A DNA stretch of 64,000 bases from Candidatus Poribacteria bacterium (GTDB lineage Bacteria; Poribacteria; WGA-4E; WGA-3G), in assembly GCA_965205015.1 (NCBI GenBank), contig OZ242029.1, positions 2,752,001-2,816,000 on the forward strand. Reading direction: 5' to 3'. The notes beneath the pieces are model-generated. The model worked only from the letters and a program-made list of their open reading frames with translations. It was not told where the DNA came from and did no database searches. Position 1 is the first letter of the stretch. Every line of letters starts with the position of its first letter. Positions 55,995-64,000 of this stretch are shown here, in pieces. The position numbers and the translations under genes were made by a program.

Positions 55995-57881
55995 ATGAAT
56001 ATTTATCAAAAACAGTACGACGTTATCGTAGTTGGCGCAGGGCACGCAGGTTGTGAAGCCGCACTTGCTGCCGCACGAATGGGCTGTGAAACGCTCATCG
56101 TCACTATCAATCTGGACACCATCGCGAAGATGTCTTGCAACCCCGCAATTGGGGGGCTTGCCAAGGGACATCTCGTTAAAGAGATAGACGCGCTCGGCGG
56201 TGAGATGGCAAAAAATATTGACAAGACTGGGATCCAATTCCGACGTTTAAATACGAAAAAGGGACCCGCAGTTCGATCAAGCCGCGCACAAGCCGATAAA
56301 AAGGCGTACCAAGATGAAATGAAACGGGTCCTTGAGGCACAAGAACGGCTTGACATCAAACAGGTATTAGTTGAGGAGCTGCTCGTCGAAAAGGGGCGGT
56401 GCATCGGAATCCTGAGCCAGACAAAAACGGCTTATTTCGGAGAGACGATCATTCTGACGACAGGCACTTTCCTGAAAGGTATAATCCATATCGGTGATGT
56501 ATCCTATAGCGCGGGTAGAGCCGGTGAGTCTTCGGCGGAGAAACTTTCTGAAAGTTTTTTAAGTCTTGGATTTGAGATTGGTCGGCTTAAAACTGGCACA
56601 CCGCCACGTGTCAACGCCCAAACGATTCATGTCAGTGAAATGGAAATTCAACCGGGCGATGAAAATCCTCGCCCTTTCTCATTTTTAACTGAACGGATTA
56701 CACAGCCCCAACTCCCATGTTACTTGACTTACACGAATCAGCATACACATGCGTTAATCCGTGAGAACCTCCACCGATCTGCGATGTACAGCGGTCGTAT
56801 TGTCGGCATTGGTCCCCGTTACTGCCCCTCCATCGAGGATAAGGTTGTCCGCTTCGCGGAGAAGACCGAACATCAAGTTTTCGTAGAACCTGAGGGACGA
56901 GATACCGACGAAATCTACCTCAACGGTATTTCTGCGAGTCTACCTGAAGATGTACAGGTGGAGATGGTACATAGCATCAAAGGGTTAGAGAATGCTGAGA
57001 TTATGCGCTTCGGCTATGCTGTTGAATACGATTTTGCACCGGCGACGCAACTCCAGCCAACGCTTGAGACGAAGCAGGTGCCAGGGCTCTATTTCGCGGG
57101 ACAACTCAATGGCACTACGGGCTACGAGGAAGCCGCTGCGCAGGGGCTTATGGCAGGAATCAACGCTGCTTTAAAAGTAAAGGGTGAAAACCCTCTTGTC
57201 CTTGACAGATCGCAAGCGTACATAGCGGTACTTATTGACGATTTGGTCACCTTGGACATCCGAGAACCCTACCGTATGTTCACATCGCGTGCCGAATACA
57301 GGTTAGCACTCCGAGAGGACAACGCAGATTTACGACTCACCGAAATTGGTAGGCAGATCGGACTCGTTGATGATGACAGGTATCGCCGGTTCGAAAAGAA
57401 GGCAGCTGCTGTCGAAACAGAGTTGGGACGTTTACAGGAAACCCTTCTCAAACCGACGCCTGCGACGCTCGAGAGTCTAGCGAGTATTCTTGAGACGGGT
57501 GAATTGAAGAAACCTACATCCTTGGCAGAACTTCTGAAACGCCCGGAACTTCATTACGAGCAGATAACTAAGATCGTACCTCCCTCTGAAATCCTGTCTC
57601 TTGCTGTGACCGAACAGGTGGAAATCCAGATAAAATATGACGGGTATATTCAACGACAACAGCGACAGATTCATCAATTCAAAAAATTGGAGAATTTCCG
57701 AATCCCCGAGGCATTCGACTATGCCAACGTTCAGGGGTTGAAGACAGAAGCGCGTGAGAAGCTTGCAAGGATCCGGCCCACCTCCATCGGGCAAGCATCA
57801 CGCTTACCTGGTGTTTCGCCAGCGGACATCTCGATCTTGACGGTTATCCTTCATCAACAGAACGCAAAACCGCATATGTAG
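55995..57881 (+). CDS. mnmG: tRNA uridine-34 modification enzyme MnmG (GidA)
   Basis: GAGHAGCEAA, SCNPAIGG, LKTGTPPR, GPRYCPSIEDK, GYEEAAAQG. Confidence 0.97.
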   Translation: MNIYQKQYDVIVVGAGHAGCEAALAAARMGCETLIVTINLDTIAKMSCNPAIGGLAKGHLVKEIDALGGEMAKNIDKTGIQFRRLNTKKGPAVRSSRAQADKKAYQDEMKRVLEAQERLDIKQVLVEELLVEKGRCIGILSQTKTAYFGETIILTTGTFLKGIIHIGDVSYSAGRAGESSAEKLSESFLSLGFEIGRLKTGTPPRVNAQTIHVSEMEIQPGDENPRPFSFLTERITQPQLPCYLTYTNQHTHALIRENLHRSAMYSGRIVGIGPRYCPSIEDKVVRFAEKTEHQVFVEPEGRDTDEIYLNGISASLPEDVQVEMVHSIKGLENAEIMRFGYAVEYDFAPATQLQPTLETKQVPGLYFAGQLNGTTGYEEAAAQGLMAGINAALKVKGENPLVLDRSQAYIAVLIDDLVTLDIREPYRMFTSRAEYRLALREDNADLRLTEIGRQIGLVDDDRYRRFEKKAAAVETELGRLQETLLKPTPATLESLASILETGELKKPTSLAELLKRPELHYEQITKIVPPSEILSLAVTEQVEIQIKYDGYIQRQQRQIHQFKKLENFRIPEAFDYANVQGLKTEAREKLARIRPTSIGQASRLPGVSPADISILTVILHQQNAKPHM

Positions 57882-57971
57882 ACATCTTGTAGGGGCAGGT
57901 CTTGTGCCTACCACAAATACTACCATAAAAGTCGGTGACGAAAAGCCGATAGCCAATATGAGGCATCGCAA

Positions 57972-58703
57972 TTGGCGACGTACAAGCAGGACTTAAAAGA
58001 GACGTTCAATCATTACGGATTTCCGTTAACTGAGCATCAGGTCGCACAATTCAATCTGTATCGCACTGAATTACAGCGGTGGAATCAACACATGAACCTG
58101 ACTGCGATCACGGATAGTGATGAGATCGTTCATAAACATTTTCTGGATTCGCTAAGTGTTTTAGAACATATCTCATTGAGCAGTGGTGATTCTGTGGTTG
58201 ATATTGGGACGGGTGCCGGATTTCCGGGAATCGTATTGAAAATCTACATGCCTGATATCCGGTTAACGCTCATTGAATCATCGAAAAGGAAGGTAAGTTT
58301 CCTAAAATTTATAGTCGCCCAATTGAATCAGCGTCTGAATCAGCGTCAAGCGGTAAACGGGCATCAGGGGGTAGACGTTGAAATATTCGCGGAACGTGCG
58401 GAAATTTGTGTGCAGCGGCAGAAACACATGGGGACATACGATTGGGTTTTCACCCGTTACGTCGCGGCGATTCGAGACTCGGCGGCGTACTGTATACCGT
58501 TGCTGAAACCGACAGGAAAGTGGGTGGCTTATAAATCCTGCGATGAAACCGTAGAGAACGAAATTAACAATAGTTCAGCGTGCCTTGAGGCGCTCGGTGG
58601 AATCGTCGAAACTGTCTTAAAAAATCCAAAGTTCAATCGAAATTATATTGTGATGCATCGCGGTACTCCACTTAAGCACCCCAGCGGGGTGCCATGTCTA
58701 TAG
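57972..58703 (+). CDS. rsmG: 16S rRNA m7G527 methyltransferase RsmG (GidB)
   Basis: WN..MNLTAI, HFLDSL, DIGTGAGFPG; follows mnmG. Confidence 0.92.
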   Translation: MATYKQDLKETFNHYGFPLTEHQVAQFNLYRTELQRWNQHMNLTAITDSDEIVHKHFLDSLSVLEHISLSSGDSVVDIGTGAGFPGIVLKIYMPDIRLTLIESSKRKVSFLKFIVAQLNQRLNQRQAVNGHQGVDVEIFAERAEICVQRQKHMGTYDWVFTRYVAAIRDSAAYCIPLLKPTGKWVAYKSCDETVENEINNSSACLEALGGIVETVLKNPKFNRNYIVMHRGTPLKHPSGVPCL

Positions 58704-58724
58704 CCAGGAGCAATAGTTTAAAAA

Positions 58725-59063
58725 ATGAATTTTGAGACAACAATTGGGAAGCAAAATATCTCCATCCTTCATGTAGAAGGCAAGATTCTTGGAACTGCCT
58801 CTGACGCGTTCCGTAAAGAAATGAACGAACAACTTCAAACGGGACGCGATAAGTTAGTGGTTAATTTAATGGACGTTCCGTTGATCGATAGCAGCGCGTT
58901 AGGGGCAATTGTGATCACTTTGAAGTCTTGTCAGCAATCGGGTGGAAAGTTAGTGTTACTCAAGCCTCAGAAAGCCGTTAGAGAAGTTTTGGAGGTAACG
59001 AAACTCAGCACCGTCATTGAGATTTATGATACGGAGGAAGGCGCGTGCGCCTCTTTTCTTTAG
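58725..59063 (+). CDS. STAS-domain anti-sigma factor antagonist
   Basis: V..IDSSALG phospho-Ser motif, LEVTKL. Confidence 0.9.
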   Translation: MNFETTIGKQNISILHVEGKILGTASDAFRKEMNEQLQTGRDKLVVNLMDVPLIDSSALGAIVITLKSCQQSGGKLVLLKPQKAVREVLEVTKLSTVIEIYDTEEGACASFL

Positions 59064-59228
59064 TATTCCTCGCGGATAGTCAGGGAAGTTGAGTGGAAAT
59101 GCCCTTCTGTCGTGTCCGCGGTCAACGATTTTGACTGCTACGTGGTCCCTCTATACGCGAGTCGCTATGGGACCCCGGCTAAAGACTGCAGCGCAAGCAT
59201 CGCGCCGGGCGGCTATACGGAGAGCCAC

Positions 59229-61763
59229 ATGAACACCCAAACTCAGCTGACCGAACCGCAAGGTAAATTAAAGACCCGTTCCCAGTTTAAAGTGGGGTTA
59301 CGCGGTCAGCAGGTCGTTCTGTTTCTCTTAGTCTCTCTAATGCCGTTGTTCGCCGTTGCCTTAGCCATCAAATTTTTAGGCGAAAACGCTCTGAAGGAGT
59401 CTGTTGGCGAAAATCTTGTTCTTCTTGCGCAGGAAAAACTTGCCCGGGCGGATAGTGCTATCTCCGAAAAAATCGAAAAGATTCAAGCGGAGCTTCCAAA
59501 CATCCAAGCAGCAGTTGTCTATTCAAACACGGCTAACGAGAAACAGAGCGTATTTCTCAGTGTATGGGCGCGATTGGAGGACAGTATTCGCCTGCTTGAG
59601 ACCTATGCAGGCTATAAAACTGAAGTAACCATTACAAATGCATTCGGGTACGTTTTACGTTCAAACGATCAACAGTTGGATTATGACGCGACGAAAATGT
59701 TCCCACATCGAGTACAGGACACGGATTGGTGGCAAAAAGCGTATAACAACGGCATAGGTTACCCATTTGTGGAAGATGTCGTCTATGATGAAGTCCGAGG
59801 CGTACATTTCCTTCCAATCGCACTGCCGATACGTGCAGCGACTCAAGGAAATCGCGGTACGCAGCGAAAAACGAACGCGGTCGGGGTGTTGAGAACATTT
59901 CTGTTTTTACCTGAACTGACCAGTTTAGTTCAATCGCTCCCGGAGTTGGCGGAAACATATACGATTCTAACGAGTTCATCGGGCAAAATCATTGCAGCTT
60001 CACCCCAAAGCGAGTATCGAATAGATAGTTACATTGAGATGAGCAATGCCGCAGAGGAGGCAATTATTGAAGGAAAAAGAGGCGTTAATGGGAAGTATTA
60101 CGACTATGAACCGGAGGGTGAGACAGACCCTTTCGGTGACCCTCGCATCTATGGTTGGGCGCGCACGCGGAGAAATCCACAGAAAATCCCCAAGCAAAAT
60201 CCCCAAGCAAAAACCCTCTCGAGTATGGAGCCGTGGAAGGTTCAACAAAACTTTAGCAACTGGATAGTCTTTACTTCACGCCCTATCTCATCGGCTTACG
60301 CTGGCGTTGGCAGACTGAACAGATATATTTTTTATGTTACCATCGGGTCAAGTTGTATCGTTGTATTAATTGCTTGGTGGGCTGCCCAGCGCATAGCCAC
60401 ACCTATATTGAAAGTCGCGCAAGCAGCACGAAGCGTCGGGCAAGGTGAATTTGATAGCGAGATCACTGTTGATAGCGATAATGAAGTCGGTGTGCTGGCT
60501 GAAGAATTCAATGAGATGCGTCGGAACCTGAAAAATGCTGTTGATCGGTTAACGCAGGAAGAGAAAAAACTCACGGCTATTGTAGACAATCTCGGTGAAG
60601 GTTTGATTGTTGTTGATCCGACGGGGCGCGTGCTCTACGTCAATCCTGTCGCTGAACGTCTGCTGAATTTAGGGAATACCGCTGGCTACGAAAATTTTAT
60701 TGTTGTCGATGCAGCAAATAGTACGATCTGCTGGACAAAGGCGTTAGAAAGGGGAGGAAACACAGAAACCGATAAAAGAACTGTTGATATGAAAATATTG
60801 TCCTTTTCTCGGCGTGAAGTCGCACAACACCAAACAATGGTCGTTGAAGTCAATATCGATGGCAATCGACAGGACAACTTGACTACCAACCCCTCTTCGA
60901 CGCTATCTAACAAGGCACGGGTTGAGCGTCAAAATTCTCGAGTACTCCGCATCATTGCAAGCCATTTTTCCGATGAACATAATAACATCGTTGGCACTGT
61001 TTATGTTTTTGATGATGTTACCAATGAACATGAGATAGAAAAAATGAAGTCGGAGTTCGTTTCGCTTGTATCACATGAATTGCGAACACCCCTCACATCC
61101 ATCATCGGATTTATTTCGCTAATACTTGAGGGAAAAACTGGTAAAATTAATCAGAAACAGCACGAAAGTTTGACCCGTGCGCATCGCCAATCGAAACGGC
61201 TCGCTGCTCTTATTAACGATCTACTCGACATCTCCCGAATTGAAGCGGGCCGCATTGAGATGAAGCAGGAGCGGGTACAGATAGACAGAATCGCCAAATG
61301 GCGAATTGAGGAGCTCCGTCCACAAGCTGACCGGAAAGCTATCTCTCTGCTTTTTGAGGGACAGTCTAACCTGCCACCTATGATTGGGGATGCAGACCGG
61401 ATTGGGCAAGTTTTTATTAATCTCATCGGAAACGCCATCAAATTCACACCGGATAATGGGAAAGTGACGGTAAGGATATCGAAATCTCAGGAGAATGAGG
61501 GCGCCCCGCATGGATTCCATGTTCAAGTCATTGATACGGGACCAGGAATTCCGCCTGAAGATAGAGAGAAGGTATTTGACAAATTTCGGCAACTCGGGGG
61601 TGTCCACGCACGGAAACCACAAGGTGGCACTGGCTTGGGACTTTCGATTGCCGCTGGGATAGTTGAAGCACACGGCGGACGATTATGGGTGGAGGGCGGC
61701 GATAACGGCTGCGGATGCAATTTCCAGTTTTTTATGCCGTTGGAAAAGGGGGAAAATGGCTGA
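59229..61763 (+). CDS. Cache/HAMP/PAS sensor histidine kinase (start 59229 or GTG 59292)
   Basis: Two TM, HAMP, PAS, SHELRTPLT, NAIKF, DTGPGI, GTGLGL. Confidence 0.92.
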   Translation: MNTQTQLTEPQGKLKTRSQFKVGLRGQQVVLFLLVSLMPLFAVALAIKFLGENALKESVGENLVLLAQEKLARADSAISEKIEKIQAELPNIQAAVVYSNTANEKQSVFLSVWARLEDSIRLLETYAGYKTEVTITNAFGYVLRSNDQQLDYDATKMFPHRVQDTDWWQKAYNNGIGYPFVEDVVYDEVRGVHFLPIALPIRAATQGNRGTQRKTNAVGVLRTFLFLPELTSLVQSLPELAETYTILTSSSGKIIAASPQSEYRIDSYIEMSNAAEEAIIEGKRGVNGKYYDYEPEGETDPFGDPRIYGWARTRRNPQKIPKQNPQAKTLSSMEPWKVQQNFSNWIVFTSRPISSAYAGVGRLNRYIFYVTIGSSCIVVLIAWWAAQRIATPILKVAQAARSVGQGEFDSEITVDSDNEVGVLAEEFNEMRRNLKNAVDRLTQEEKKLTAIVDNLGEGLIVVDPTGRVLYVNPVAERLLNLGNTAGYENFIVVDAANSTICWTKALERGGNTETDKRTVDMKILSFSRREVAQHQTMVVEVNIDGNRQDNLTTNPSSTLSNKARVERQNSRVLRIIASHFSDEHNNIVGTVYVFDDVTNEHEIEKMKSEFVSLVSHELRTPLTSIIGFISLILEGKTGKINQKQHESLTRAHRQSKRLAALINDLLDISRIEAGRIEMKQERVQIDRIAKWRIEELRPQADRKAISLLFEGQSNLPPMIGDADRIGQVFINLIGNAIKFTPDNGKVTVRISKSQENEGAPHGFHVQVIDTGPGIPPEDREKVFDKFRQLGGVHARKPQGGTGLGLSIAAGIVEAHGGRLWVEGGDNGCGCNFQFFMPLEKGENG

Positions 61764-63084
61764 AACGATTTTAATTGTCGATGACGATCTTGACATCCTT
61801 GAATTGCTAAAAATGAACCTTGAACCGGAAGGTTACAACGTACGGACCGCGGACAATGGTGAGAGTGCGGTGCAGAGTGCATGTGCGAATCCTCCGGATC
61901 TCATTCTGCTTGATGTCATGATGCCAGAGAAAAACGGCTTTGAGGTCATTGAAGAACTAAAAAATATCGAAGACACAAAAAACGTTCCGGTCATTTTAGT
62001 AACCGCTCGTGGACAGACAGAAGATAAGGTCCTCGGTTTGGATACTGGCGCAGACGATTATATTACGAAGCCGTTTGACCTCCGTGAGGTGACCGCACGG
62101 GTTGAAGCCGTCTTAGGGAGAACTCGCCCCATCAAGTACATTAATCCGTTAATGCGCGCGATGGGGGACAAGTTCAGCGAAGAGGGATTGCAGCAACTTG
62201 CGGGGCATCTTCAAGCCGCCGCCGCTATTCAAAATAAATTGTTACCGGAACAGGCACCAAGTCTTGAAGGATTTGATATCGCGACGCTGCTCCAAAGTTC
62301 AACATCCGTTTCTGGTGATTTCTATGACTTCATCCCCTTGAATGAAACACAGATCGGGCTGGTTCTCGGAGATGTAAAAGGCAACGGTATCCCTGCAGCA
62401 CTGTTGATGGTGATGATTCGGACAGCACTTCGCTTACTCTGCGATGAGGAAGATACCCCCGCGTCAATTCTCAAACGGGTTAATGACTTAGTCGTCCGGG
62501 ACACTGAGGCAGATTTGTTTGCGACAATGGTTTACGGTATATTGGACGTAGTCAATTCAACTTTCACGTATTCAAATGGGGGGCACTGTTATCCCTTCCA
62601 CTGGAAGAATACCGGCGAGATGGGGGTCTTGAAGACAGAAGGTATGTTGATAGGTGCATTTGAGGAGGCGACGTTTTCAAGCGACATCTGTTCTTTGTCT
62701 CCGGGCGATATCCTCGTTTTCTATACGGATGGTATTACCGAAACGGAGGCGAGGAATGATGAATTAGCCGTCAGTGGTCAGCAAGATAGCCAAGAAGCGG
62801 TCAGCAATCAGCGGTCAGCAAGAGAACCTGGTGGCAGTGAAAAACAAACGCAACCGCCACACACCGAAAGCCGAAGGTTTCCGAAAGCCGAAAGCCATTC
62901 TTCTGATAGCCAATTTACTGATAGTTACTATGGTGCAGATAGACTTGCCACCTGTATTTTCAAAAACGCCGGAGGGTCAGCCTCCACATTATGTGATGCG
63001 ATTGTTAACGAGCTAACACTATTTAGTGGAAGCACAAGTCCGCATGACGACAGGGCATTAATTGTTATCAAGCGAGATATTTAA
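61756..63084 (+). CDS. Receiver + PP2C/SpoIIE phosphatase (RsbU-like)
   Basis: ILIVDDD, LLDVMMP, KPF; SGDFYD, GDVKG, YTDG, DDRA. Confidence 0.92.
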   Translation: MAETILIVDDDLDILELLKMNLEPEGYNVRTADNGESAVQSACANPPDLILLDVMMPEKNGFEVIEELKNIEDTKNVPVILVTARGQTEDKVLGLDTGADDYITKPFDLREVTARVEAVLGRTRPIKYINPLMRAMGDKFSEEGLQQLAGHLQAAAAIQNKLLPEQAPSLEGFDIATLLQSSTSVSGDFYDFIPLNETQIGLVLGDVKGNGIPAALLMVMIRTALRLLCDEEDTPASILKRVNDLVVRDTEADLFATMVYGILDVVNSTFTYSNGGHCYPFHWKNTGEMGVLKTEGMLIGAFEEATFSSDICSLSPGDILVFYTDGITETEARNDELAVSGQQDSQEAVSNQRSAREPGGSEKQTQPPHTESRRFPKAESHSSDSQFTDSYYGADRLATCIFKNAGGSASTLCDAIVNELTLFSGSTSPHDDRALIVIKRDI

Positions 63085-63085
63085 A

Positions 63086-63224
63086 ATAGTTGTCGGTTAT
63101 CAGTTTCCAACGTAGAGGCGAGGTCACCTCGCCCTTACAGAGGTCTCTTTTTAACAATTCACCTCTCTGGAATACTCGAAGTTTGGGTAGATTATTACCC
63201 AAAACCCTCTTAACCGACTGAAAC
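63086..63224. repeat. Heptamer inverted-array element with a nested REP (63112-63138)
   Basis: TAGTTGTCGGTTATCAGT, REP, then AGAGGTC...TTTGGGTAGATT.TTAC...CTCTTAACCGACTG as in 51825-51963. Confidence 0.7.
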
Positions 63225-63247
63225 CTATAAAAGAAGGAGCTTCAAAC

Positions 63248-63973
63248 GTGGGCGAGAGAACTGAACAGGTGATTACGCTTTCTCTCCCAAGTTCAATGCG
63301 ACATGTTGATCTACTCAAAGTCATTGTCACTGAGATTCTGAAAGAAACAGATTTCACAGAGGACATTCAAGAGCAGGTTAACCGTGCTGTCATTGAAGCG
63401 GGTATAAACGCGACCAAACACAGCAACAGAGAGGGACTGAAAAGACAAACGGCTTTTCGGCTGGTTCTTGCTGAGAACCAATTCAACATAGCCACTGAGG
63501 ACGAAGGTGAGGAATCTACGCCCAACGAGCCTGAAACTGAACAGGTGATTACGCTTTCTCTCCCAAGTTCAATGCGACATGTTTACCTCCTTGATGTTGT
63601 TGTCACTGAGATTCTGAAAGAAACAGATTTCACAGAGGACATTCAAGAGCAAATTAACCTTGCTGTCATTGAAGCGGGGACAAACGCTATCAAACACGGC
63701 AATAAAGAAAATCCAACTAAAAAAGCGACCATCGAATTCACACTCGCCGAGGATAAGCTTGAGATCGTCATCGAAGACGAAGGCGATGGATTCACACGTA
63801 AGGAAGTCGCCGATCCCCTCGATCCAGAAAACTTGCTCAAAAGCAGTGGTAGAGGCTTATTTTTGATGGAAGCCTGCATGGACTCTGTAACTTACGAAAA
63901 GAACGGGACCATCATCAAAATGGTCAAATATAAAAGGGATTCCTATGCAAGTCAACCTTCGACACAAAGGTAG
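63248..63973 (+). CDS. Anti-sigma factor Ser/Thr kinase (RsbW/SpoIIAB-like) with duplicated N-terminal part
   Basis: EAGTNAIKHGN, DEGDGF, SGRGLFLM; first ~90 aa duplicated. Confidence 0.88.
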   Translation: MGERTEQVITLSLPSSMRHVDLLKVIVTEILKETDFTEDIQEQVNRAVIEAGINATKHSNREGLKRQTAFRLVLAENQFNIATEDEGEESTPNEPETEQVITLSLPSSMRHVYLLDVVVTEILKETDFTEDIQEQINLAVIEAGTNAIKHGNKENPTKKATIEFTLAEDKLEIVIEDEGDGFTRKEVADPLDPENLLKSSGRGLFLMEACMDSVTYEKNGTIIKMVKYKRDSYASQPSTQR

Positions 63974-64000
63974 CATTACAATTTTAGATATTGAGGGAAA
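63945..64000 (+). CDS. Probable second STAS protein, 5' end only
   Basis: MQVNLRHKGSITILDIEG resembles the start of the STAS protein at 58725. Confidence 0.55.
   Translation, partial: MQVNLRHKGSITILDIEG

Noticed and set aside
59075-59120. Cobalamin riboswitch (AGGGAAG...GTGGAAAT)
   Set aside because: Expected stem pairing and the GCCCCCGC/ACTGT and B12-box elements are absent; gene context is unrelated

Overview
A chromosomal window from a diderm (LPS-making) bacterium. The gene repertoire (FGE/SUMF1-like, cohesin/dockerin-like, LRR, WD40, NHL, TPR, VIT-vWA, AAA_35-like ATPases) and the intergenic repeats suggest Candidatus Poribacteria; this is inference from protein style, not a database result. 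Layout: (i) 1-25 kb is mostly housekeeping: lpxL-lptC-lptA-lptB-rpoN-hpf-valS, nadB, a TPR lytic transglycosylase, gatB, a potA-like ATPase, and a small toxin-antitoxin patch. (ii) 25.6-46 kb is an accessory block of secreted and repeat proteins between broken AAA-ATPase/nuclease genes. It contains four consecutive cohesin-domain genes, two of which also carry dockerin-like modules with protease or FGE-like payloads. (iii) 46-64 kb holds a histidine kinase, an ECF sigma factor, a tRNA cluster (all four Ser isoacceptors, Arg-ACG, Ala-CGC) interrupted by a TnpB-only IS200/IS605 element, then tadA, a large SRP RNA, dnaX-ybaB-recR, mnmG-rsmG and a partner-switching module. Best leads: a possible non-cellulosomal cohesin-dockerin surface polymer; a modular set of small repeats that are nested in each other, sit at start codons and occur in frame inside conserved genes; and a TnpB element whose predicted guide ends where a tRNA-like structure begins.
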